A stretch of DNA of 63,193 bases, the filler included, from Basidiobolus ranarum (taxonomy: Eukaryota): assembly GCA_040143965.1 (NCBI GenBank). It is 19 parts of 19 records of this genome, joined end to end, with 100 filler letters (N's around TTAATTAATTAA, not from the genome) between each part and the next. Parts side by side here need not be neighbours in the genome. Positions count along the whole stretch, not along the records: positions 23,367 to 26,599 come from JASJQH010002626.1; positions 26,700 to 29,932 come from JASJQH010002627.1; positions 30,033 to 33,263 come from JASJQH010002628.1; positions 33,364 to 36,593 come from JASJQH010002629.1; 15 more parts are not named here. One strand, written 5' to 3'. The notes beneath the pieces were generated by a model. That model was not told the DNA's origin, did not search any database, and saw nothing but the letters and a program-made list of their open reading frames with translations. Numbering within the stretch: the first letter of the stretch is position 1; each line of letters opens with the position of its first letter. Positions 24,355-36,693 of this stretch are shown piece after piece. The translations under genes were made by a program, and so were the position numbers.

Positions 24355-24610
24355 GCTGTCCCTGATGCTTAGGAATAGCCTTTGGCTACTGGTCTAGAGT
24401 TAAACCTTGTTGTATTGTCTCCTGATTTGCATTGAACTTTAAGAATTGCTAGTTGGTAAATTAGTTTTCTGTCATTAAATATGTCTGTTGAAAGTCCAAT
24501 TTTAAATCGAAATCCAATACTCCTTACATTGTTAAAATCTTCATAAGTTTATTGGCTGTTTGGAGCCTTTCTTAGAGTGTGCTGCTTCAGTACTCTACCC
24601 ATGCATGTAT

Positions 24611-26486
24611 TGTTGAAGTTTATTATCTTTATCATATTTATTGTCTCTATCTTTATACACCTGACTATTTCATATATCACATATAAGTTAGGCAACATTA
24701 TTAGTCAAATCTCACAAAGCTATTCACAACTCCACTTTTCTAGAGTTCCTTCAAACAACCCATATCTTCCCAATAGGTTATGAGCCCTGTGTTCTAACCT
24801 TTAGAGCATGGCAGAAACCACTACTACCACTTTTATTAACTCAAGTGTTGAAAAGCTTGATGGATAAGATTACAAGTTCTGCAAGTTCAAGATGCAATTT
24901 ATGCTGGAGGACTGGGAGCTTTTGGATGTAGTCTCTGGAGATGAATAGGAACCTTCTGATCCTGCTTTATTGGAAGCTTACAAGAAAAGAGACAAGAAGG
25001 CCTTTAATGTCATTTGTCAAAGTTTGAAGGATTCACAACTTGTGAATATTCAATATGTAGAGATTTCCCATCAAGCTTGGACTATATTGGAAGAGTGTTA
25101 TGAAGCAAAGAGTCTTGCAAATAGACTCTTTCTCAGACAAAAGTTCTTCAATATAGGGATGGAAAAGTCTGAAAGCATGGTTACTCATATTGCAAATATG
25201 AGAGCTTTGGCAAAACAACTGGAAAATATTGGTGCAACTTTACAGGAAGAAGATGTTGTTATAACTCTTCTAAGTAGTCTACCAGAACAGTATTCAAACT
25301 TGGTCACAGCTTTGGAAGCAAGACCTGACAAGTTGTCTTTGGAGTTTGTGGTAGCAAGGCTAATGGATCAACACCTCAGAAGTAAAAATTTGGAAAAAGA
25401 ATCTGAGGAAGTGGCTCTTTTTGGAGCTGTAAAACATAGCTTTGGCAAGTACAAAGGTTACAAAAGAAGGAAACCAGATTTATTCTATGGTTGTAACAAA
25501 CCAGGGCACCAGTTAAAAGATTGCAAATCAAGATATTACAACAAAAATGGGAAGTCAGAATATGCAAGTCAGATATCAGCCAAGGAGGAATTTTTATTTA
25601 TTGCTGCCCTATCAGTGACCTCTGAACAAGATTGTAGGTCTTGGTATATTGATTCTGGAACCTCTCAACATTTCTGTAATCAAAAAAACTGGTCCAAGGC
25701 CCTCAAAACTGACATAAACAAGAAGGTATATATTGGAGATGACCAGCCACTAGAAGCTCTGGGAGTGGAAGAAATTGGAGTGGAATGTGGGGGCATCTCT
25801 GGGGACATGCATTTGACACTGAAAAATGTGCTCTATGTGCCTGGGATAGCAAAAAATTTGCTATCAGTGAGTAAAGCAACATCTGAGAGATATAGCTTTA
25901 ATTTTGATCAAAATGGCTGTACAATCAGGGATCAAAAAGGAAATTTTGTAGCTTTGGGAGCTAAGCAATATAACTTGTATAAACTTCATTATATTAGGCC
26001 AATATACGAACAAGTTAATACTGCCACAGCTGAAGCAATAGACTGGAAAATCTGGCATAGGAGATTGGGTCATCTAGGAGCTGAAAATGTGAGATATTTA
26101 ATCAAAAACAAGATGGTTTTGGGACTAAATTTTGTAATTCCACCGATTCTGGAGCTGTGTGAAGGTTTCCTATATGGTAGGAAATACAGACAACCATTTG
26201 TGGGCTCAGGAATGAGCAAAATGGATCAAAAATTAGGCTTGATACACTGAGATCTGTGTGGCCCATTGCAGACAAAATCCTTAGGTGGAACAAGGTATTT
26301 TGTGACCTTTATTGATGATAAGACAAAGTATACTTGGGTGTACTTTCTGGCCAGTAAGGATGAAGCCTTTGATATCTTCAAGGAATTCAAAGCAATGGTG
26401 GAGACTGAAACAGGTCTAAAGATTAAGTTTATCCATACTGATAATAGAGGGGAATGTACCTCAAAACTCTTCTCTAACTTCTACCT
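24611..26486 (+). mobile_element. Copia family B: internally shortened 5' LTR (24611-24775), PBS (24776-24787), gag (ATG 24808), protease and integrase; few stops
   Basis: 426-aa ORF 24970-26250 with gag helices, degenerate CCHC knuckle, WYIDSGTSQH and WHRRLGH. RYFVTFIDD and HTDNRGE integrase motifs follow. Confidence 0.93.
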
Positions 26487-26599
26487 TTGCAATTTCATTA
26501 CACCAAGTTTACCATCTGAAAATTTCAATGCCATTCAAAAAGCATTCAAAATCCAAGTCAAAATTGGCTTCCAAGCCAAAGTCTGCTGGCATAAAAGGA
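26487..26599 (+). mobile_element. Family D ORF2 start region
   Basis: Matches 5578-5690. Confidence 0.75.
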
Positions 26600-27849
26600 N
26601 NNNNNNNNNNNNNNNNNNNNNNNNNNNNNNNNNNNNNNNNNNNTTAATTAATTAANNNNNNNNNNNNNNNNNNNNNNNNNNNNNNNNNNNNNNNNNNNNT
26701 GTCGGTTTCCCTAGAAGAATCTACCCTACTCACCACTAGAATTGAGGAACACCTCCAACAAGGGCAAGAGCCCAACAACTTGGTTCATCAGCAAGTCGTA
26801 CACATTGACAGCAATGCCAGCTTGAAATAGTCCGTGATGTTTCTCCCATTTTTAATGAAGAGCAAGCAGTGGATGAAGAACCAGAAAGAGGAAGGCCTGC
26901 ATTCTCACCCATCAAAGCATGCAACTTACCTGATTCAACCAAACCAACCAGTGAGCTTTTTACATCTGGAAGCAGAGTCAGCTCCAAGGAGTATGCCACC
27001 GGAAAGACATACCAGCTTAATGTGTACCACCATGTGACAGCACCAGAGGCCAACTGCAAGAATTATTGAACCTTCCACTTTGTTGCATGAAGATCTCACA
27101 ACTGAGAGCAATCTAGTAAGACAGCAATCTATTACAATGTGTACCCCCACAAGACCAACACAATGAGTGTTTGAGAGAGATAGTGAAGATTTTACTGAGC
27201 TTGAAGAAGCCACAACAGTCAAACACAAGCCTCAACATAGACAATATGTTCCAATGCATTCCACCATGCAACAGAGGTGACATTGGCCTGTCAAAAGAGA
27301 TGAAGCTTCTACCATGGTTGAAGAGGCAAAAGCTACCAAACATGAACCTTAAGGTAGATGACTTCCTCCAACATTTACTGCCATGCATCTGCAACCATGG
27401 CCAGTCAAAAGAGATGAAGCCTCTACTGTGGTTGCATAATCAACAACTGTTTGGCACAAACCTCAAGTGAGAAATTCAAGGTTGATACGTAGAGATCCAC
27501 ACCAGCAGCAATGGCTGGTTGACCCATTAAGTAAAGGCACTACATCTGAAAAAGAGACTGTAGATACAAACAAGCTGCGAACTAGACCAGACCAACCTAT
27601 ATACAGCAGTCATAGTTGCAAGCTTAGCACCAAAATATGTCACTTTCCCCCCTCCCAATATGCCAGCTAAAAAGTGTGCCAGCACAAATTGGCATGATTG
27701 GGCACTATCCGGCACGATGTTATTTACCATTTTGGAAACAGTATATTTTACTTATGTGGAATATTTACAAAAAGTACTTTTAGACATTATTTCACCTTCA
27801 AAAGATGATGAAAGCTTTATTCATAGTGTCTTAAGTCTGGATCTTTCAA

Positions 27850-28226
27850 TGTTGAAGTTTGTTGTCTTTATCATATATGTTATCTCTATCTTTATACACC
27901 TAACTATTTCATATATCTCATATAAGTTAGTTAAGACTACTTAGTCAAGTATCACTTATGTGCAAATTGGAGCATAAATTTTGTATACATGTGGATAATG
28001 TGAGAATTAGCAATTTCACATTGGAAACTTCAAATTCATCCCAATTGCCCCAAGGATAGCTCTTTTTACTCCAACATATGTTCTGAACACAACCCCACTA
28101 TTAGTTTTCTGTATTTCCACCAAAATGTATAAATGCTCCATTTCTGGACAATGAATATTATCTTACAAAACTATTCATGACTCCACTTTTCTAAAGTTGG
28201 TCCAAGTAGCCCATATTTTCCCAATA
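27850..28226 (+). repeat. Solo LTR family B (377 bp, TG...TA ends), TSD TTCAA/CTCAA
   Basis: Full-length match to the reverse complement of 50434-50811, with a 4/5 flanking duplication. Confidence 0.9.
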
Positions 28227-28249
28227 CTCAACGGATATCTGTGATTATG

Positions 28250-29100
28250 AATGGATTGAGAATTAATCAAGATTTTGTCTACTTTGCCTAACTTGGATTG
28301 AGGCCCACAAAAAACTTTTCATCTCTACTTTCCTGCTACAATGCAAGATCTCTTTAGGAAACCAAGGCTATATTCTACTCTTGATCTAAATAGGAAAGAT
28401 GTCATTATAGTGCTTTTACCTCTCTCTCAATATCCCTCTTCTCTGGGCCTCTTATTAGCTGTGACACATCCTAGCCTACTGCATTCTTCCTCAACATATG
28501 CCAAATCAGCCATAGTCTTTTCATATCTTATAAAAGATGCATGCCTCTCAACCCAAAGCCTTTTGTTGTGGTGTCTCCCTGGATGTGGCCCACTAAACCA
28601 AATGATGATTCCTTCCAAATCTGTCAAAGCCTGGAACTTTACACAGTGAGCTTTGTACTTGCCAGAATGAAATAGCCTTTGGTTGCTTTTGAGCTTGTAA
28701 ATTCTCACAGGAAATGTGTCAAGAATACTTTTGTTATGAGCTCTATTGGGAAGTGCTCCAGGAAATGGAGGAAATTAGAGTCTCTGAATCTTTTGTACCT
28801 GGCACCTTCACCATCATTCATCACTGAAGCTAGATAATTTTCACTTATTTGAAGCCTGATATGGAAGCTTCTCCCACTTTTACCACCATTAATAGTGCAC
28901 TGAAATCTGATTGGACAATAGTTTTGTAGTAGCAAAATAAATTGACTAGCTGCTTTCAGGTAGGTATTGGAGTATATAAGCCACAGTATTTCTCAAATAT
29001 AGCTTCTAGGGTGGTGATAGGAAAGCCTGTCATTGCTTTTGGATTAATGAGTTATGACCATTTAGAGTATATTGCAAGCATGTTATTTATCTTGTATTGA
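28250..29100 (-). pseudogene. DDE_Tnp_4-type (PIF/Harbinger/ISL2EU) transposase, decayed
   Basis: QRLFHSGKYKAHCVKFQALTDLEGIIIWFSGPHPGRHHN, MADLAY and RSRVEYSLGFLKR motifs. Confidence 0.8.
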
Positions 29101-30032
29101 GCTGGAACAATACTGATTGATCCAGCTCATGTGAGATATTTATCCAAGGATTTCAATTATCATGGTAAAATCCCTACATTCTGTATAATAAAATGCTGTT
29201 TGCATTTAGTATCCTAATTATTTCTATTATGTGTAATTGCATGGAATTTACATAATAAACTGCATCAGCAAAGTTAATCATGTATTGATCTATATCAGTA
29301 TATCTTTTGTGCATATTGTAATGGCTCAAAGTGGAATGCATTATGCTTAATCACACTATCGGAAATTAACTTTGGCATCTTAACCAATAGTATAAAAATA
29401 TCCCTAATTCTGATTGAAACCAATGGAGTCTAACATCATAGACATATATGGTAGTCATGTATCATGTCACAACAGATTCTTCCTGATTCATAACCTGCTT
29501 TGGTACAAGAAGCCATCACTTTCAAAGTTTAACATGTGCAGTTGAATGAAGGTGAAGGTGGTGCAAAGCAGTGCATTCCTAATGACTTTACAGATACCCA
29601 GGCATCAACTATGAATTCTTGCTTGGATATATGGGAGTTATTAGTAAACTTGACAGAGTCTGGGGAAGGAGACATTAGACAAAAGTAGAAGCAAATTTCA
29701 ACTCTGCAGTGGAGAGAATACTATAACTTCATGCCCCAGAAGTCTGCAAGAAAACATATAATAAGACTCATGAGGATAGAAAGTGCAAATTGAGAAATAG
29801 GAATTTTGTTTTTGAGTCCATAAAGACACAATATCAATTGCATTTTCACTTGTATGGACCAGAAGTGACCATTGCAGCCTCAACTTTAGAGACAAAAGAT
29901 GTTCTAAATAGATATCTACCACTACTCAATGANNNNNNNNNNNNNNNNNNNNNNNNNNNNNNNNNNNNNNNNNNNNTTAATTAATTAANNNNNNNNNNNN
30001 NNNNNNNNNNNNNNNNNNNNNNNNNNNNNNNN

Positions 30033-32589
30033 ACATGCATCACTGATTTTGCTGATATATTGTTAATCAGATTAGCATATGGTAATACTGACAATCTCAC
30101 ACAGAGCATCATTTTACTGAAAGTGCACTCCATTGGGAACTCCCAGAATGTATAGCAAGTGCCTATAATCTCTAAGCATTGTGGGAGATGAAGCAGGTAA
30201 TGTATTGAATACTTGCATAGATTCAATCTATCTTCTTGAAACCTGTGATAAAATTTTTGATATTCAATTACAAAATCTTTGCACAGTGACTGTATCTGCC
30301 TGAGATCTGCCAAAGTCAGTTGATGCATAAGAATATATTAGTAATATCTGCAAGCAACTTCCAATGTTGCCCATACTTATTGGGCAGAAATCTTTACAAG
30401 ATTCCACTTCAATGAATGCAAATCATATACTTCCAGTCTTTGCGCTCAAATAAAAGCCTAGATGAGTGGATATTGATGGAAGTCCTGTTAACATACAATG
30501 GTATCTTGATGTTTTCAAGCATTTTCCCAATTAATTTAAACTTTGCTCCTGTCTCAAATGGCTCATTCATATTGAATTTTCCACCAAATAGCAAGTAAGT
30601 AGTATTTGAATATTGTTGAATTGTAAGTGCAAAGTGCCTAATGTACAACCCTGGCTCCAGCTGATCCCCTTTAGCAATGTAATATTAGGCTTACAGCTAA
30701 TACCAAGTTTGATGTTAGAATGACTATTTGGTGAATTGATATCAGTGATCATGTGGCAATCTGACCAGGCTCTTGATGGTGAAATCATGGAGCTTGGTGA
30801 AGTATTTAGATAGGAGTAATGCATATGCCTGATGGAGTAAACTCCATTGATTTGACAAAAACTACAGCAAGATAGTATATTGTGCCCACAAAAACCTCCA
30901 AGTTTACAGATGGCTGGAGTGTCACCAATACATACAATGATGTTAGCTTTACTAAAATATTCATGCATTGGAACCCCATTAGAAAACCATTTAAATTCCA
31001 CAATCAAAGGCTCCAAGAAGTTAACCATAAGCACTGGTGATTTAGGTTTTGATATAATGGATAGTATCAAAATACTATGACTCTTATACCATTCACAAGG
31101 AGGAAGATTTAAGTTGATTAATATTATTGGCCAGCAAGCCTTTCCAATGGTATACTTGTTTAGCAAGAAACCATCTAGAGCCAATGCAAGTGCATGATGA
31201 TATGTGTGCTGAAAGAATCCTTGACTTTTCAGATTTTGATAGTACATCCATGTAGTATATTTATTGCACCTTCAGCTTTATGGTGAGTACTGTGGTATTG
31301 GATCAATGATCTTTATTTGGATGATTTCATCAAAACCTTTAGACAGGGAATCAATGGTATGTATGCCAAATATGAACAATATTTACCTGATTCAGTGATT
31401 GTGCAGAATCATGCCCAAAATCACCTTGATTTGAGCAAATCAAGGAAAAACCAAAAACCAAGTGTTACTGTAAAGTTTCTTGGCTTATTTCATGTGGCTT
31501 ATTGTGGATTTTTGCAAGCAAATGGCAATTGTGCTATTACAGGCCTATTCATGAAACTTCTCAAAAATGTGTTCAATTAATGACTTGGAAAAGAAAGAAA
31601 AGCAGCTAGAGAAGTGCTCAAGGAGCAGGAAGTTATTAAACCCAAGGAAAAGCAAAGGCGCCAGTGCGCTTAGGCTCTACTGTACCACTCACCCAATTCT
31701 TCACACCATTGCAAAAATCTGCATTTCCAGAGTCAGATATACATGCAAAAAAGTTTAATTATACCATGGAACCAGGCACAGTAGTTGCAAGAGTGCTAAA
31801 TTTGGAAGTTTATCCAATACCTGGCACCTCTCAACAAGCCAAAACAACAGCAAATAAAACTCATTGCTCTCCCACCACAACTGGCACTTTTTAAAGTGTT
31901 GAATTAGCCCCAAACTTAAAGTCAAGCAAAAAGCCACACAAACACTGCAAAGCACCCTCAGTAGTATCACACTACAAGGACATACAAAAATAGTCAAAGT
32001 GCTTGAGGAGTATTTTCAAAAGTATGAAGGGAAAAATGCAGTGCAAGTATGCAGAAAGTGGCTTCGGAAGAAGAACACCCAACTTGACATTTGGTCTGAT
32101 GTTGACTGTGTAGATATCTGGGAAGAACTTAATACAGAGTGGCACTATATCACAGGGTATCCACCAGATAGCTGGAAGTATGTTGATTCAGCAAAATTAA
32201 TACAGTGATGCGCTTTGATGGAGATATTGATACAAACTTGTGTTGGGTATGAGCTAAACCTTGGGTATGAAGAACTCTATAAAAATATTCTGGAAAATAT
32301 ATCAAAGAGACCAGGGATTTTAAAGATGACATATTAGCATACAAGTAATAATTGTGTAAAATTTGAGTTACATTTTCTGCACATGTGTTGATCCATAGTT
32401 CTCTGAGATTGTAGCCAATCATGCCCAACTATTTTGCAAGATCTTGATATTTCACTCCTGATAATGAAAAAATTGATTAAAATCAAATCTAACTTGACAA
32501 TTTTATGAGGGTAAGTAAATGGTCAATCCCAAATGGATTAAAATTGTGATGGGTTTCCTACAATAACAATTCTTAAATTTCTGTTAGGG
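30033..32589. mobile_element. Internally deleted family D element: transposase (minus, 30033-~31399) fused to ORF2 3' half (plus, ~31400 onward) and the terminus at 32589
   Basis: 226-aa Tnp2 ORF 30567-31247 and HYLLHL...WEFPMEC. The sequence switches directly to the ORF2 sequence seen at 51465-52265. Confidence 0.85.
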
Positions 32590-33106
32590 CAAGCCTTTCC
32601 AATGGTATATTTGCTTAGTGAGAAACCATCCAGAGCCAATGCAAATACATGATCATACATATTCTCAAAGAAACATTGACTTTTCAGATTTTGGTAGTGA
32701 TATCCATGAAGTATATTTATAATACCATGTGTGTTATGGTGAGTACTTTGGAATTGGATCAATGATCTATATATGCATGATTGCATCAAAACTTTAAGAT
32801 AGGGAATCAACAGTATGTTAGCCAAATATGAACAATATTTACCTGATTCAGTGATTGCCAATTGTACGCAAATAGTTCATGACTTCAGGTTCTTCAGATC
32901 ATGGGTGAAAGCCAAACAACCATTTGGACATGAAGGTAGTTTAATAACTGAAGGATCATAAGTCATGCAATTGACATGTGCTTTCCACTTGCACCTGGTC
33001 TCTCTAACAGAAATTTGAGGATTGTTATTGTAGGACAACCATCACATTTTCAATCCATTTGGGATTGACTGTTAACTTACCAGCATAAAATTCTCAAGTT
33101 TGATTT
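32590..33106 (-). mobile_element. Further Tnp2 fragment (32590-33001) and an inverted family D terminus (33002-33106)
   Basis: ORF 32538-32861 with ALALDGF. CTCTAACAGAAATTTGAGG terminus. Confidence 0.8.
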
Positions 33107-33263
33107 CATTGGACTTGTTCCATTGTGCCAAGTTTATCGGACCTTAGATCATTATATTAGAGTAAATGTGATTGAAATTGATCATGCCAGAGGGTGATGG
33201 ATAGTGCCAAATTGTGCCGCATAAATTTTAGAATACTTTATCCAATATGATATATACAGCACA
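33107..33263 (+). mobile_element. Family E CACTA MITE, left part (cut by contig end)
   Basis: Near-identical to 47499-47655. Confidence 0.85.
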
Positions 33264-33363
33264 NNNNNNNNNNNNNNNNNNNNNNNNNNNNNNNNNNNNN
33301 NNNNNNNTTAATTAATTAANNNNNNNNNNNNNNNNNNNNNNNNNNNNNNNNNNNNNNNNNNNN

Positions 33364-33567
33364 GTTTGTTCGGCCGTCAGTGTACGAGTTATCCAGGTCA
33401 TTTTTTTCTTGGCTTGAAAGTGACTCCCTGAATCTATTAGACGTGTCCTTGCGAGACCTGGATGTGGTAATACTATGAAAGAAGCTTGGAGAGGCCTCTA
33501 TGACTCGGCTATGAACAACACTTAAAAGAAAAACTATGACCATCAAGCACAACAGAGAAATTCTCAT
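33364..33567 (-). CDS. N-terminus of a putative secreted or membrane protein (truncated)
   Basis: MRISLLCLMVIVFLLSVVHS is a signal-peptide-like start. The frame is open to the contig edge, in non-repetitive, CpG-containing DNA. Confidence 0.55.
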
Positions 33568-34857
33568 AATGATAACAGGTGTGCAAATTCTAAAGTGTAT
33601 AAGTTTTTCGAGTAGAATTCGCTCTCATTTAAAGAGAGCCTAGGGCAAATCCTCCTATGTTTGGAGACTCGGGATTTTCCTTGTACTTTTCAAACGATGA
33701 TCAAGCCAATTGAGCCCAAACTCTTGAACGGTTATTAAACTTAAAGTATGGTTTCAGTCACAGGGAATATAAATTTAGGTTAAGCATGAAACGTGTGGAA
33801 GTGCTCTCTAAGAGCTGCTTATTTCTTTCGGAACTAAAGCTTCACTCCTCCAGTGTAGGCCAGTTGACTAAAGAATAGGAAAATTCATGGAATACGATAA
33901 GATATGTGATACTCACAGATAGGAACCAGCCACTTGGTATCTATGGGATAACAACGCCTATATATCAATTAAGTTGCCAGTGTCTCTTCACAAGCTATAA
34001 AAACTCGGCTATCATGTACAGCTGTCACAAGAGTACGACTAGTGGGCACATTCGAGACAACCGTGCATGAAGTTGTATTCAGATTGGCTCTTTGAAGTTT
34101 CTATCAGAGGTACATGATTCCAAACTGGCATCGGAAGTAGCGTACTACATACTAGTGATGATATTGACTCACCTCTGACATACAGCAAGTATTCAAGTAG
34201 AAATGCACTGCCTATAGCCTGATAAGAAGTGTGGAAAAGCGTGCATGTCAAATGTAGTTCCGATTCTTAGAAAGCCATACCAAATACCCATTACTGGACT
34301 GGTTGTCTGGATCCAAGTGTTTCTAAACTCGACTCGTGGTGGTTTTCTCCATTTGGTGAATTTGTTCGAAAAACACTACTCTTAATTAACTTCAGCGATC
34401 CTGAGCACCCTTGATCTGTCTTATCTGGCATGCTACTAGCTTTAGTGCTGGTGTCTTGCTCCTCCATATTAAGCGAACTATCGATTCAATCACTTCATAC
34501 GGCCAAGTCATCACTTATGTAACGATTGGCCGTAATTTTGAGACAGTCAATATAAGGTGGTGTTTAAACCTCAGGTACGATTTCAGAACTTACAAGTGAA
34601 CTCGTCATCTTGGCTAATTGGGCAACCTAGGAGAGATGCATATATCATCATACTTTGAATTTAGCAACCTGTAGCCCCTTTGATCCTTGGTTCTTGACCC
34701 CATTATCACTGCTACCTTCTAGGTAGTCCGTATTTCCTTCTCCACCCCGTTAATGATAGATAATATTATCTGTCACAGATTTTTTTCAATGTATGTGTAC
34801 TGACATTTGTTCTTAGCTATTTTTATCTAACAATGCTGTTTTTATCGAATAGTGAAT

Positions 34858-35409
34858 ATGTCTCTCCGCGCCCTCACCCCTCATTCTCGCCTATGTCCTT
34901 TAACTGCCACTACTATTCGTTTAGGAACTCTCCGTGGATTAAAAACAGGTGAGTAGATTTTCTTAGTTTATTAAATCTCAGAAATGTGACTGATATCTTT
35001 AGGTCGAGTTGCTTTATTAAACCATACTAGCCCTACTCGTAGTGAGGCGGCAACCAAGAATGCGGAGGGTGTGATTGTACAACCTAGCAGTCGTATCCAT
35101 GGCTCTATGCATTGGAACATTGAGCGTGCCCTCTCCATCGCTTTAATTCCTTTAACCTTTTATCCCATGATATATGGTTCCCAACCCATTGTTGATTATT
35201 CTCTTGGTATCATTCTCCCTGCTCATTGTCACTTTGGCTTCCAGGCTATTATTACTGATTATTTGCCTCATCGTAAAACTCCTATTTTTAATATTGCTTC
35301 CTCTTGGGCTCTTCGCGCTGCTACTGCATTGACTTTGTATGGTTGTTACGAATTGAATTCGAACGGTGACGGTATCTCTGAAACTATAAAGAAGCTATGG
35401 AAAGCCTAA
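34858..35409 (+). CDS. SDH4: Succinate dehydrogenase cytochrome b small subunit (CybS, SDH4/Tim18 family); exons 34858-34948 and 35003-35409
   Basis: Arg/Ser/Thr-rich presequence, HGSMHWNIERALS and HCHFGFQAIITDY motifs, and a GTGAGT...TTTAG intron in the correct phase. Confidence 0.93.
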
Positions 35410-35989
35410 GAATCCTGATTAGCCTTATCAATGAAATTTCACAGTATTATTGTATAGTTAAGTCGCAATAAAATAGCTTTGCTCAGAAAATGAATATCAA
35501 CTTATACGTTTCGTCATAGATTGACGACATCAAAGCACTATCATAAATACTGCAACAAATACACATTTAGAGTTTCTACGGTGCCACAACCTTGCATGTA
35601 ACTGCTTCCAGAATAAGTGATGAACACGTACCATGTGGATTGTACAACAGTCTCATCTAGGAAAGTCCATGTCAACTAGAATATTTACATGGTAAATACG
35701 AGATGCCCATTTATTAATTGCCAAAAACCATATTATTAAGTCAATGAATCATTCGTTATCTGGAGAGACAAGCCTGTGGTCCCCCATTTAATTTTAAGCT
35801 CTTGTAAATAATCGTCGCTCCTGTCGTCAGAGCATTTATACACAATTACAAAACATAACTGAAGAAAAAGAAAGGTGAAATTCATGCCGTAAAACGACAA
35901 ATTTTAAATTTTGCACTCACCTCATTGTACACTAAACTCTTTATTGTTCTTATAACCTCATTGTAACTATCATAGCGATACTTACACAA

Positions 35990-36593
35990 ATGACCGCTCG
36001 CGCACTTGTTCAAAACGCCAGCAGAATACGCGCCTCCCGTCTGGCTCATCTTGTAAGTTTTTAATTTCAACACCTTATTCTACACTCTTACCAAATCTCT
36101 TGATTGTTTCTGACATTGTATGTTTTTGCAAGTGAAACAAGCACTTACCAACTGGGTATTATATTAATATAAAGCTTTTTTAACACCTAGACTTTCCGTT
36201 CTGCTCCACTTTTGACCAGAACTCTCACCACTGGCACCGATTTCAAAACTCGCACTGCTACGTTGTCTAATGGATTAACTATTGCTACAGAGACTGTTCC
36301 AGGCTCTCCAACTGCTACCGTTGGTGTTTGGATTGATGCTGGCAGTCGTGACGAAGTTTCCAATAATATTGGGGCCGCACATTTCGTTGAACATTTAGTA
36401 TTCAAGGTGAAATGCTGAGATCAAACATATAATCAGCAGTCCAAGAATTGAATATTCTTGAAACCATTAGGGTACTCATAGCCATTCAAGTTCCGAATTC
36501 AAAAAATTAACTGGAAATATTGGCGGTAAACCTGACGCTTATACCACTCGCGAACAAACAGCATACTTTGCTCATACTCTTAAAAATCTGTTC
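35990..36593 (+). CDS. M16 peptidase, mitochondrial processing peptidase beta / bc1 Core 1-like, 5' part; exons 35990-36052, 36191-36406 and 36471->36593
   Basis: Presequence, then TLSNGLTIATE, TATVGVWIDAGSR, GAAHFVEHLVFKGT (HxxEH) and AYTTREQT. Confidence 0.9.
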
Positions 36594-36693
36594 NNNNNNN
36601 NNNNNNNNNNNNNNNNNNNNNNNNNNNNNNNNNNNNNTTAATTAATTAANNNNNNNNNNNNNNNNNNNNNNNNNNNNNNNNNNNNNNNNNNNN

